64,000 nucleotides of DNA, taken from the NCBI GenBank assembly GCA_038212275.1, contig JBBQUR010000005.1, positions 204,659 through 268,658 of the forward strand, in the 5' to 3' direction. This stretch comes from Planctomycetota bacterium. Lineage in GTDB: Bacteria; Planctomycetota; B15-G4. Below, in pieces: positions 1 to 11,861 of this stretch. Every line of letters starts with the position of its first letter. Position 1 is the stretch's first letter. The position numbers and the translations under genes were made by a program. The notes beneath the pieces are model-generated. The model was not told where the DNA came from, ran no database searches, and worked only from the letters and a program-made list of their open reading frames with translations.

Positions 1-1377
1 CCGGGTGTGCAGGTCGTGTGCGGCGACGTGCTCGATCCCGCGACCCTGGGCCGCGCGTTCGTCGGCTGCCGGCAGGCCTTCTATCTCATCCACGCGATGG
101 CCGCCGGCGAGGAGGGCTTCGCCGAGCGCGATCGCCGCGCTGCGCAATCCTTCGGTGCTGCTGCGGCGGCCGCCGGCGTCTCGCGCCTCATCTATCTCGG
201 CGGGCTCGGGGATCCGGACTCCGCGCTGTCACCGCACCTTGCCAGCCGCCAGCAGACGGGCGCAGCGCTGGCGGAGGCGGGTGTGCCGGTGCTCGAACTG
301 CGCGCGGCTGTCATCGTGGGCTCGGGCAGCATCTCGTTCGAGATGGTGCGTTACCTCGTGGAGCGCGTGCCGGTGCTCATCGCTCCGCGCTGGACGGCCA
401 CGCGCTGCCAGCCGATCGCCATCAGGGACGTGCTGCACTACCTGATCGCGGCCGCGGAGTTGCCCGACGCGGACGTCGGCAACGGCCGCATCGTGGAGAT
501 CGGCGGCGCCGACGTGCTGACCTACGGCGAGATGCTGCTGCGCTGTGCGCGTGCGCGCGGCCTGCGCCGCTGGCTGATTCACGTGCCGGTGCTCACGCCC
601 CGGCTCTCGTCGCTGTGGGTGGACCTGGTCACGCCCATTCCCGCGGCGCTTGCACGTCCGCTCATCGAGGGGCTTCGCACCGAGGTCGTCGTGCGCGGCA
701 ACGACGCACGCACACTGTTTCCCGGGATCGATCCGGTGGACTACGACGAGGCCGTGCGCCGGGCCCTGCAACGCCAGGGCGCCGGCGGGCTGGAGACGGT
801 GTGGTCCGGCAGCCGCAGCTCGGCCTTCGATCGCTCACCGGCTCCGGTGGAGACGGCGCAGCGCGAAGGGCTCATCATCGAGAGGCGCGAAGTGCGCGTG
901 GCGGCCGACGCGGAGCGCGTCTTCAAGGTCTTCACGGGACTTGGCGGCGATCGCGGCTGGCTCTGCGCCGACGCGCTGTGGAATCTGCGCGGCATCATCG
1001 ACCGGCTCGTGGGCGGGCCGGGCATGCGGCGCGGGCGGCGCGACCCCGACGAGCTGCGCGCCGGCGATGCCTGCGATTTCTGGCGCGTGCTGTCCGTGGA
1101 GCGCGGCAGGCACGTGCGCCTCGGCGCGGAGATGAAGCTGCCCGGCCGCGCGTGGCTCGAGTTCTCCGTGGAGCCCGTGGAATCCGTGGAGCCGACGGAC
1201 CACGACTCGTCGGGAGGCGGCGCCGCCCCGGCCTCCCGCCTGCGCACGACGGCCATCTTCGAGCCGCGCGGCCTGCCGGGCCTGCTCTACTGGTACGGCC
1301 TGCTGCCGTTCCACAAGCTCATCTTCTCCGGCATGGTGGCCGCGATCGCGCGCCTCGCCGAGGCCCCCGGACCTTAG
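1..1377 (+). CDS. NAD(P)-binding SDR-like oxidoreductase with C-terminal DUF2867 domain (YbjT-like), 5'-truncated by window edge
   Basis: Open frame from base 1. Motifs YLIHAM, SPHLASR, LRAAVIVGSGSISFEM, QPIAIRDV; C-terminal DFWRV...LGAEMKLPGRAWLEF...FEPRGLPGLLYWY. The N-terminal Rossmann glycine motif would lie upstream of the window. Confidence 0.85.
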   Translation, partial: PGVQVVCGDVLDPATLGRAFVGCRQAFYLIHAMAAGEEGFAERDRRAAQSFGAAAAAAGVSRLIYLGGLGDPDSALSPHLASRQQTGAALAEAGVPVLELRAAVIVGSGSISFEMVRYLVERVPVLIAPRWTATRCQPIAIRDVLHYLIAAAELPDADVGNGRIVEIGGADVLTYGEMLLRCARARGLRRWLIHVPVLTPRLSSLWVDLVTPIPAALARPLIEGLRTEVVVRGNDARTLFPGIDPVDYDEAVRRALQRQGAGGLETVWSGSRSSAFDRSPAPVETAQREGLIIERREVRVAADAERVFKVFTGLGGDRGWLCADALWNLRGIIDRLVGGPGMRRGRRDPDELRAGDACDFWRVLSVERGRHVRLGAEMKLPGRAWLEFSVEPVESVEPTDHDSSGGGAAPASRLRTTAIFEPRGLPGLLYWYGLLPFHKLIFSGMVAAIARLAEAPGP

Positions 1378-1441
1378 TCCGGCAAGCGCGGCGTTAGTCC
1401 GGCAAGCGCGGCGTCGATCCGGCAGGCGCGGCGTCGGTCCG
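1374..1441. repeat. 20-bp tandem repeat (about 3.4 units, TTAGTCCGGCAAGCGCGGCG)
   Basis: Two identical units at 1374-1413, then a degenerate third unit and a partial fourth. Confidence 0.9.
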
Positions 1442-1448
1442 ATAAATG

Positions 1449-1654
1449 GAGGGCGTGAGGTGATCAGTCCATCGATCCGGCGAGGGATCGGGTCATCGCG
1501 ATCGAGAATGTGGCCGCCGCACCGAAGACTGGGGAACCACCACTGGATGTCCTGAGTGTCTGGCGACCGAGGGACCTGCAATGACCTTGTCTGGAGGTGA
1601 CCTGTCTGGAGGCAGGTCGGAGCCGAACGATGTCCAGATCACACTCACGCCCTC
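1449..1654 (-). ncRNA. Candidate structured RNA, 6S RNA-like rod with central bubble
   Basis: Ends GAGGGCGTGAGGTGATC (1449-1465) and GATCACACTCACGCCCTC (1637-1654) are complementary. Nested inner helices mostly close with G-U pairs on the minus strand. The region is intergenic and ~206 nt long. Confidence 0.5.
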
Positions 1655-1687
1655 TCTGTGCAAGACGCGCTGATGCCGAGGATGTAA

Positions 1688-1712
1688 CCGTGCTGTGAGG
1701 GGAACAGCACGG
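1688..1712. other. 9-bp perfect hairpin CCGTGCTGT-N7-ACAGCACGG
   Basis: Inverted repeat read directly; lies between the vWA gene end and the RNA candidate. Confidence 0.5.
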
Positions 1713-1900
1713 CGCCCAGAAACCTGTGCAGTCATGCGAGGTTGCGCGGCGCGCGGCAGGAATTGTTTCGCGCGCAACGGACGTGGGCGGCAGACATCGA
1801 GTCTGGAACATGCGGCGCGGAAGACCCGGTGCGCGACATGTGAAAGGCGTCACGCATCGCGCGATACATCAGAGAGTTTCAGTGGATCGCGCGGTCCTGC

Positions 1901-2998
1901 TCAGCGCACGCGGCGACGACGATTGCGCACGTAGTCCACCAGCACGAAGGGCTGCAGCCGATCCGGCGCGGAGAAGTAGGCGCGGCCCTTGTTGGTGGCG
2001 GTGAAGCGCTCCACGAACTCCACCAGCGCCGGGTCGCTGGTGAGCATGAAGGTGGTGATGGGGATGCCCTGGCGCCGGCACGCGGCGGCTTCGTCGAGGG
2101 TCTTGTTGACCACGCGCTCATCAAGTCCGAAGGAGTTCTTGTAGATCAGGCCGCCTTCTTCCGTGAGCGCCGACGGCTTGCCGTCCGTGAGCATGAAGAT
2201 CTGGCGATTGCCCTGCTTCTTGCGGCGCAGGATCTGCCGCGCGAGCTGCAGCCCGGCGCGCGTGTTGGTGTGGAATGGACCGACGCCGATGTATGGAAGC
2301 TCGTCGAGCGGCACCTCCCAGGCCTCGTCGCCGAAGAGCACGACGTGCAGGTCGTCCTTCGGGTAGCGCGTGGTGATGAGCTCCGCGAGCGCCAGCGCCA
2401 CCTGCTTGGCCGGCGTGATGCGGTCCTCGCCGTAGAGAATCATGCTGTGGCTCACGTCGACCATGAGCACCGTCGCGCAGGACGAGAGCTGCTCGGTCTC
2501 GTGCACGCGCAGGTCGCGCTCCTCGATGGAGAGTTCGTCGGGGCCGGTGCGGCGCAGCGCCTCGGTCAGCGTGCCCGCGTTGTCGAGCAGGCCCAGCGCG
2601 TCGCCGAACTCCCAGGGCCGAGTCTCGGGCAGGCGCTCGGTGCCGGTGCCGGTGGCCGTGCTGCGATGATCGCCGGCCTGCCCGCCGGGGAGCCCCGCGA
2701 AGACCGCATCCAGCGAGGAGGTGCGCAGCAGCCGCTCGCCGCTGGGGGCCAGGCGCACCATGCCGGAGCGGTCCTCCGCGATGAGTTTCTCGCCGAGCAG
2801 TTGCTTGCGGACGTCCTCCAGCGTGAGGTCCGCGTCAAAGAGGTTGTGGCGCCGGCCGAGCTGCCCCAACCACTCCATGGCCTGCTCCGCGTCGCCGTTC
2901 GTGCGCAGCAGCAGCTCGAGGAACAGCCGCCGCAGCATGTCCATGCGCTGCTCGCGCCGGCGGGCCTGCGGGTCGAAGCGTGAGTAGCGGACGTCCAT
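1901..2998 (-). CDS. von Willebrand factor A domain protein (Rv0959-like, partner of chelatase-type AAA+ ATPase)
   Basis: MIDAS motif DVSHS, HTNT, MLTDGKP; start set at MDVRYSRF. Confidence 0.85.
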   Translation of the reverse strand: MDVRYSRFDPQARRREQRMDMLRRLFLELLLRTNGDAEQAMEWLGQLGRRHNLFDADLTLEDVRKQLLGEKLIAEDRSGMVRLAPSGERLLRTSSLDAVFAGLPGGQAGDHRSTATGTGTERLPETRPWEFGDALGLLDNAGTLTEALRRTGPDELSIEERDLRVHETEQLSSCATVLMVDVSHSMILYGEDRITPAKQVALALAELITTRYPKDDLHVVLFGDEAWEVPLDELPYIGVGPFHTNTRAGLQLARQILRRKKQGNRQIFMLTDGKPSALTEEGGLIYKNSFGLDERVVNKTLDEAAACRRQGIPITTFMLTSDPALVEFVERFTATNKGRAYFSAPDRLQPFVLVDYVRNRRRRVR

Positions 2999-3173
2999 CG
3001 GTGCGACCCATCCTAGCGCGGCCGATCGGTTCCGCCGGAGGGCAGGCACGCGCGTCGGCGTTTCCGGATCCTCTTCATGGGCGGGCCCGATGCCTGCCGT
3101 CGCGACTCCGCCCGCGCCGCCGCCGTCCCATGGAGTGCCGCCCGTGTCCCGCTGCCGCCCATGCTCCTGCTTC

Positions 3174-6083
3174 ATGGCCCTGTTTCCGACGCTGCTCGCC
3201 CTGCTGTTCGTGGGGCGGCCCGCGGCCGGCCAGGTGCCGCTGCTCACTTACCACGGCAATTCCAACGGCGCGGAGTTCGGCACCGCACTCGCCTACGCCG
3301 AAGGCATCCAGGGCAAGTTCGTGCCGTACATCCTCGTGGGTTGCCCGGAGGACGACAGCGTCGGCGAGGATGCCGGCCGAGTCGACGTCTACAACAGTGG
3401 CGACGGCTCGCTCGTGCGCACGCACTACGGCGCGGCCACTGGCGACCGCTTCGGCACCGCGTTGGTCGGCCTCCAGGATCTGGACGGCGACGGGCATGGC
3501 GACTACGCGATCGGCGCGCCCTTCGCGGACAGCCACGGCACCGACTCCGGGCAGGTGAAGGTGTACTGCGGCACCGACGGCCATCTGATCGCCACGATCA
3601 ACGGCCTGGCCGCCGGCGACCGTTTCGGCTCCGCCATGGGCAACCTCGGGCTCATCAAGCTCAGCCCGTCGGACCCCGAGGGCCTGCCGAGTCTGGCCAT
3701 CGGCGCGCCGTATGCCGACGGTCCGGCCGGCGCCGACACGGGTGCGGTCTTCTTCCGCATCGCCGACGGAAGCCTGATTCCGGGCGTGCTGCCCGAGAAG
3801 CGGGGCGTGCAGGCGGCCGAGCACTACGGCAGTGCGATCGACGGGCGCCTTGACGCGTTGGTCATCGGCGCGCCCGACTACAACGGCCTCGCGGGCACCG
3901 ACTCGGGTCGGTACGAGGCGTGGACCGTGTACGGACTCGGTAGCTCGGGGACGTTCGAGTTCGAGGTGCGCGGCACCGCGCCGAACGCGCATCTCGGCAC
4001 CGCCGTCGCCATCGTCGACTGGCCGAAGCCGATCGCGACCCTCTATTCCGTCTACGCGGCGGGCGCGCCGGGCGGAACCTCGCCGTACGTGACGATCGAC
4101 GCGATCAACACGCTGCTGGGCCAGCCGCCGCAGTCGCACCTGACGACGCTCGTCGGTACGGGTGGCTTCGGCTCGGCCGTCGCCAGCACGGGCGCCTCTC
4201 TCGGCGGCGGTTCCCTCATCGCCATCGGCGCCCCGGACTTCGTGGTCGGCGGCACCTCCAAGGGCCGCGTCTGGATCTACGAGTACGGCACCTTCCTCAA
4301 GGCGGTGGACGGCGAGGTCACGGGCGAGCGCTTCGGCGCGACGATCGCGGGACAGTTCGTGTACCCGGCGGTGTACCCGTACTCGTGGGATCACTTCCTC
4401 ATCGGCGCGCCGCAGTCGGACGGCACGGTGCCGGACGCGGGCCGGGTCGTGCAGAACCACGTCGGCGACCTGCAGTTCGAGCTGCCGGCGCCGCCAACCT
4501 TCGGCGACGCCGCGGGCAGCGCCGTGGCTGGCGTCGGCGACATCGACGGCGATGGCGTGCCCGACGTGCTCGTCGGCAGCCCGGACGACGATGTCCCGGC
4601 CTCGTTCCCGATCGTCAGTGAACGCATCGACTGCGGGAGTGCCAGGGTGCTGTCCGGCGCGACCGGCGCGGTGCTGCGCACGCACCTCGGCGGCTCCGAC
4701 GGCGATCACCTCGGCGCATCGGTCGCGGCGCTGGGCGACATCAACCTCGATGGCACCACCGACTACGTGATCGGCGCACCGCAGTTCGACAACACGAGCA
4801 CCACCGCCGGCTACGCGATCGTGGTGTCCGGCAAGACGGGCTCCACGCTGTTCACGCTGAACGGCTTCTTCAACTCCGGCGAGTTCGGCGCGGCGGTCGG
4901 CGGCGGCAGCGACGTGAACGGCGATGGCAGACCCGACATCCTGGTCGGCTCGCCAGGCACCTCCAACGGCAACGTGACCGCGTACTCGGGCATCAACGGC
5001 GCCTCGCTCGGCGTCGTCAACGGCGCGAACGCCGGCGACCGCTTCGGCGCCGCGGTCGCGGGCCTCGGCGCGGACCTCGACGGCGACGGCAAGCAGGAGT
5101 ACGTCGTCGGCGCGCCGGGCTTCGACGGTCTCGGCGGCGCCGACAGCGGGCGCGCCTACCTGATGAAGAGCGTCGTCTCGCTGTTGACGATCAACGCCGC
5201 GAGCGGTTTCCATGCGAACGATCACCTGGGCACGGCGGTCGCGGCCGCGGGCGACGTGAACAAGGACGGCAAGGCCGACTACCTCGTCGGCATTCCCGAG
5301 TACGACAGCCCGGCCACGGACGCCGGCCGCGTGCAGCTCCTCTCGGGCGTCGCCGGCTTGCCCACGCAGCTCGCGACGGTCTCGGGCCTCGGCGCCAACG
5401 ACCGCTTCGGCAGCTCACTCACCGCCCTCGGCGACGTGAACCACGACGGCTGGCTCGACTGGGCCGCCGGCGCGCGCGAGCTCGACCCGTTCCTGCCGGG
5501 CAACGGCTACGTGCGCATCATGTCCGGCAAGGACAACACGCAGCTTCTGCTCATCGCGGGCTCAGTGAGCGAGACCTTCGGCGCCGCGATCGCGGATGCC
5601 GGCGACGTGGATGGCGACGGCACGCGCGACCTGCTGGTCGGCGGCCCGTACGACAACAGCTTCGGGTACCACTCGGGCGCCGCGCACGTCGTCTCGCTCG
5701 CCACCGGCGCGCCGGTCTGGACCGACCTGGGCTTCGCGCTGGCCGGCACGCCGGGCCTGCCGTCGCTGGTGGGCACCGGCAGTCTGGTGGCCGGAACCGC
5801 CGGCGCGCTCACGCTCTCGAACGCGAAGGCCTCTTCGCTCGCGTACGTGTTCGTCGCGCTGTCCGCTGCGCCGACGCCGTTCAAGGGCGGCACGCTGGTG
5901 CCGATCCCGCCGCTGCTGACGCTCGTGCTGGGCACCAACGCGTCGGGCGGCCTGACGCTGCCGTGGGCCGCGTGGCCCGCGGGCCTCTCGGGCCTGGACC
6001 TGTACTTCCAGGAAGCGATCCAGGACGCCGCCGCGGTGAAGGGTGCCGCGCTGAGCAACGCGCTGCGCGCCGACGTGCCGTGA
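3174..6083 (+). CDS. Secreted FG-GAP/integrin-alpha repeat beta-propeller protein with conserved C-terminal domain
   Basis: Signal-like N-terminus MALFPTLLALLFVGRPAAG; many FG.A...GDxxGDG..D..VGAP repeats. Confidence 0.9.
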   Translation: MALFPTLLALLFVGRPAAGQVPLLTYHGNSNGAEFGTALAYAEGIQGKFVPYILVGCPEDDSVGEDAGRVDVYNSGDGSLVRTHYGAATGDRFGTALVGLQDLDGDGHGDYAIGAPFADSHGTDSGQVKVYCGTDGHLIATINGLAAGDRFGSAMGNLGLIKLSPSDPEGLPSLAIGAPYADGPAGADTGAVFFRIADGSLIPGVLPEKRGVQAAEHYGSAIDGRLDALVIGAPDYNGLAGTDSGRYEAWTVYGLGSSGTFEFEVRGTAPNAHLGTAVAIVDWPKPIATLYSVYAAGAPGGTSPYVTIDAINTLLGQPPQSHLTTLVGTGGFGSAVASTGASLGGGSLIAIGAPDFVVGGTSKGRVWIYEYGTFLKAVDGEVTGERFGATIAGQFVYPAVYPYSWDHFLIGAPQSDGTVPDAGRVVQNHVGDLQFELPAPPTFGDAAGSAVAGVGDIDGDGVPDVLVGSPDDDVPASFPIVSERIDCGSARVLSGATGAVLRTHLGGSDGDHLGASVAALGDINLDGTTDYVIGAPQFDNTSTTAGYAIVVSGKTGSTLFTLNGFFNSGEFGAAVGGGSDVNGDGRPDILVGSPGTSNGNVTAYSGINGASLGVVNGANAGDRFGAAVAGLGADLDGDGKQEYVVGAPGFDGLGGADSGRAYLMKSVVSLLTINAASGFHANDHLGTAVAAAGDVNKDGKADYLVGIPEYDSPATDAGRVQLLSGVAGLPTQLATVSGLGANDRFGSSLTALGDVNHDGWLDWAAGARELDPFLPGNGYVRIMSGKDNTQLLLIAGSVSETFGAAIADAGDVDGDGTRDLLVGGPYDNSFGYHSGAAHVVSLATGAPVWTDLGFALAGTPGLPSLVGTGSLVAGTAGALTLSNAKASSLAYVFVALSAAPTPFKGGTLVPIPPLLTLVLGTNASGGLTLPWAAWPAGLSGLDLYFQEAIQDAAAVKGAALSNALRADVP

Positions 6084-6387
6084 GGCTGGAGCCGCCGACC
6101 GTGTCCGTGCGCGACCGCGCTGTCGTCGTCGCGTTCGGGCTGCCGGTGACAGGGAAAGCGATGGGGAAAGCCGAAACGCCGGGGAAAACGTCGGTGAAAA
6201 CGACGGGGAAAACGCCCGCCGCGATCCTGGCGCTGCTGGAATCGGACCCGGGCCTGTCGCTCCCGGAGTTGGCTGAGCGCCTGGGCAAGTCTCCGCGCGC
6301 CATCGAGCGCGCCGTGAAGAAGCCCCGCGAGTCCGGCCGCCTGGAGCGCATCGGCCCCGCCAAGGGTGGCCGCTGGCACGTGATCGA

Positions 6388-6391
<4 letters not shown>
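6084..6391 (+). pseudogene. C-terminal winged-HTH fragment of a DNA-binding/ATPase protein (or a small HTH protein from ATG 6161)
   Basis: GKT repeats then ILALLESDPGLSLPELAERLGKSPRAIERAVKK...GRLERIGPAKGGRWHV, typical of the tail of RecG-C/Fic-associated regulators found beside type I RM genes. Confidence 0.6.
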
Positions 6392-7618
<1,227 letters not shown>

Positions 7619-7741
7619 GCCGGATACGACTCGTGCCTGGTCAACCTTGCATCGTCGGCCGACCGGCGTGACTCCGCAGGAATCCTCGGGGCGCCCACGC
7701 TGGGGCGACCCAGTCCCTGAATCCCGCAGCCCCGCAGTCCC

Positions 7742-9479
7742 TCAGTCCCGCAGGCTCTTCGCCATGTCGTCGAAGACGTCCTTGTAGATGCGGCCGCCGA
7801 TCAGCTCGTCCTTGGCGACGAGCGAGTTCAGGTAGAGGCCTTCGAGGACCAGCTCCATCACGGCGGCGAGTTCTTCGTCGGTCTTGCTGGGCAGGTGGCG
7901 GTCCGCGACGTCGCGCAGACCCGGCACGGCGTCGAGCAGCGCGAAGAACTCGCGCGCGGGCAGCTCGTCGGAGAGGTCGAGCGTCCCGCCCTTGCGGAAC
8001 CAGCGCAGGATGGGCTTGTAGGCCGAGTCTTCCTCGGGCGCATCGAGGCTGCCGCTCGGGGCGGGGCCGTCGGGGCCGCGGCCCTTCGCCGAGCCGCCCT
8101 TGCCACCGCTTCCGCGCTCGGCGCCTGCGCGTCCGCCTCTCTCGCTGCTGCCACCGGCTGCGGAGTCTCCGGGTGCGCCGCCACGAGGTCGCGCATCGCT
8201 GCGACCCGTCACCGCGAGCGCATCGGGGAAGTGCCGCGCGAAGACGGTCTTCAGCGCGTGGCCCACGAGGTGCAGTGCCACGGCCGCGGGGCCCTCGCGC
8301 TCGCCTTCGTAGACCAGCTCGATCTTGCCGGTGATGGCCGGCGTCGCGGCGACGAGGTCGGCGACGCGAGCGACGGCGTGGCTCTCGTGCGCGAGGATCG
8401 CGCGGCGCTCGGCGCCCGAGACGAGGTTCTCCATGAGCGCGATGGTGACGCGCGCGGAGACGCCGCTGTTCTGGTCCACGAACTCGTTGGCGCGCGCCGC
8501 GAAGGCCACGTCTTCCACCGCGTCCTTCAACCACTCGGGGACGGTCACCACGACGGTGTCGCGGGCGTCGCCGGCATCGCCACTGCCGGCCACGCCGCCG
8601 GCCGCTCCGCGCGCCTCGCCGCCCGCGCCCTGCGGCACGGAGCGATCCACCCACGCCTCCTGCGCGGTGATCGCGCGGCCTTCGGCCAGCGTGCGCGGAT
8701 AGTGCGTGAGGATCTGGCTCGAGATGCGGTCGCGCAGCGGCGTGATGATGCTGCCGCGGTTGGTGTAGTCCTCGGGATTGGCGCTGAAGACCAGCGCGAG
8801 GTCCAGCGGCAGGCGCACGGGGAAGCCGCGGATCTGCACGTCGCCCTCTTCCAGGATGTTCAGCAGGCCCACCTGGATGCGCGCCTGCAGGTCGGGCAGC
8901 TCGTTGATCGCGAAGATGCCGCGGTTGGTGCGCGGGATGATGCCGTAGTGGATGACCTCGGGGTCCGCGAAGGAGAGCTTGCGCGTCGCGGCCTTGATCG
9001 GGTCGATGTCGCCGATGAGGTCGGCGACGGTCACGTCGGGCGTCGCGAGCTTCTCGCGGTAGCGCTCCTCGCGCGGCCACCACGCGACGGGCAGGTCGTC
9101 GCCCATTTCCGCGTGGCGGCGCCGGCACGCGGCGCAGATCGGCGCGAGCGGGTCGTCGTTGAGTTCGCAGCCGGCGACGACGGGCACGGCGTCGTCCAGC
9201 AGCGCGGGCAGCGCGCGCAGCAGGCGCGTCTTGGCCTGGCCGCGCAGGCCCAGCAGGATGAAGTCGTGGCCGGAGAGAATGGCCTTCTGCACCTGCGGGA
9301 CCACCGTGCGGTCGTAGCCGATGAGCCCGGGGAAGACGCTCTCGCCGCGGCGGAGCTTGTCGATGAGGTTCTCGCGCAGCTCCTGCTTCACGGGCCGGCT
9401 CTTCCAGCCGGACGCCTTGAGGGCGCCGAGGGTCCCGGCGCGCGAGTGGGGCTTCAAGCGGACCTCATGCGGACTGAGC

Positions 9480-9490
<11 letters not shown>
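7742..9490 (-). CDS. Magnesium chelatase subunit I-like AAA+ ATPase (Rv0958-like)
   Basis: Walker A variant [14 protein letters not shown], Walker [26 protein letters not shown]; two Gly/Ala-rich insertions. Confidence 0.88.
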
Positions 9491-10634
<1,144 letters not shown>

Positions 10635-10784
10635 GACTGCCTTGTCGGATGCTCGAAGGGCGCGCCTGAACGGCTGGCCACTCTAGCCCCGCTTTCCCGC
10701 TTTCGCCGCATCGTTGCCGCGAAGGCGACGGCAGACCGCAGAACTCCGGCGGCCGGGGCGCGGCCGGCTGCTAGGCTCGGCCCC

Positions 10785-11855
10785 GTGATCAAGTATCTGG
10801 GCAGCAAGCGCCGGCTCGTGGAGGCCATCGTGGCCCTGGTGGCCGGCGTGGACGGCGCGCGCTCCGTGCTGGACCTGTTCTCGGGCACCTCGCGCGTCGG
10901 CCACGCGCTGAAGTCCGCGGGCTTCCGCGTGCTGGCCAACGACCACAATGCCTACGCGCAGGTCCTGGCGCGCTGCTACGTGCAGGCCGACCGGGAGGAC
11001 GTGCTGCACGCGGCGGAGCAGCTCGTCGCCGAGTTCAATGCGCTGCCGGGCGCGCCGGGCTGGTTCACGGAGACGTATTGCGAGCGCTCGCGCTTCTTCC
11101 AGCCGGCCAACGGCGCACGCATCGAGGCGGTGCGCGAGGCCATCGCGCGCAAGTCGCTCCCGCCGGAGCTGGAGGCCGTGCTGCTCGTCGCGCTCATGGA
11201 GGCCGCCGACCGCGTGGACAGCACCACCGGCGTGCAGATGGCCTACCTCAAGGCCTGGGCGCCGCGCGCCGGCCAGCCTCTGCGCCTGCGCATGCCCGAG
11301 GTCCTGCCGCGCGCGGCCGGTGGCAAGGGCGAGGCTCATGGGCTGGACGCGGTGGAGGCCGCCGGTCGCCTCGCCGCGGACGTGGCCTATCTCGATCCGC
11401 CGTACAACCAGCACAGCTATCTCGGCAACTACCACGTCTGGGAGACGCTCGTGCGCTGGGACCGGCCGCCGGTCTACGGCGTGGCCTGCAAGCGCGAGGA
11501 CTGCCGCACGCGTCAGAGCGTGTTCAACTCGCGCCCGCGCTTTGCCGGCGTCATGCGGCGCGTCATCGAGAGCGTGGAGGCGCGCGTGCTCATCGTCTCC
11601 TTCAACGACGAGGGCTGGCTTCCACGCGACGAGCTGGAGGCGCTGCTTGCGAGCCGCGGGCCGGTGACGGTGATCGCGCACGATCATCCGCGCTACATCG
11701 GCGCTCAGATCGGCATCTACAATCCGCAGGGCGAGAAGGTGGGCCGCATCGGCCACCTGCGCAACACCGAATACCTTTACGTGGTCGGCACGGAGGGCGT
11801 CCCGCGCGGCATGGAGTCCGCAGCCGGGGTGCTCCCGCTTCGCACGGGGAGCTGA
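10785..11855 (+). CDS. DNA adenine methyltransferase (D12 class), orphan
   Basis: GTG start IKYLGSKRRL; SAM-binding DLFSGT; catalytic YLDPPYN. Confidence 0.9.
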   Translation: MIKYLGSKRRLVEAIVALVAGVDGARSVLDLFSGTSRVGHALKSAGFRVLANDHNAYAQVLARCYVQADREDVLHAAEQLVAEFNALPGAPGWFTETYCERSRFFQPANGARIEAVREAIARKSLPPELEAVLLVALMEAADRVDSTTGVQMAYLKAWAPRAGQPLRLRMPEVLPRAAGGKGEAHGLDAVEAAGRLAADVAYLDPPYNQHSYLGNYHVWETLVRWDRPPVYGVACKREDCRTRQSVFNSRPRFAGVMRRVIESVEARVLIVSFNDEGWLPRDELEALLASRGPVTVIAHDHPRYIGAQIGIYNPQGEKVGRIGHLRNTEYLYVVGTEGVPRGMESAAGVLPLRTGS

Positions 11856-11861
11856 GAGGCG

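Noticed and set aside
1449..1654. Retron msr-msd or SRP RNA
   Set aside because: No reverse transcriptase nearby, and the SRP domain IV motif was not found by eye
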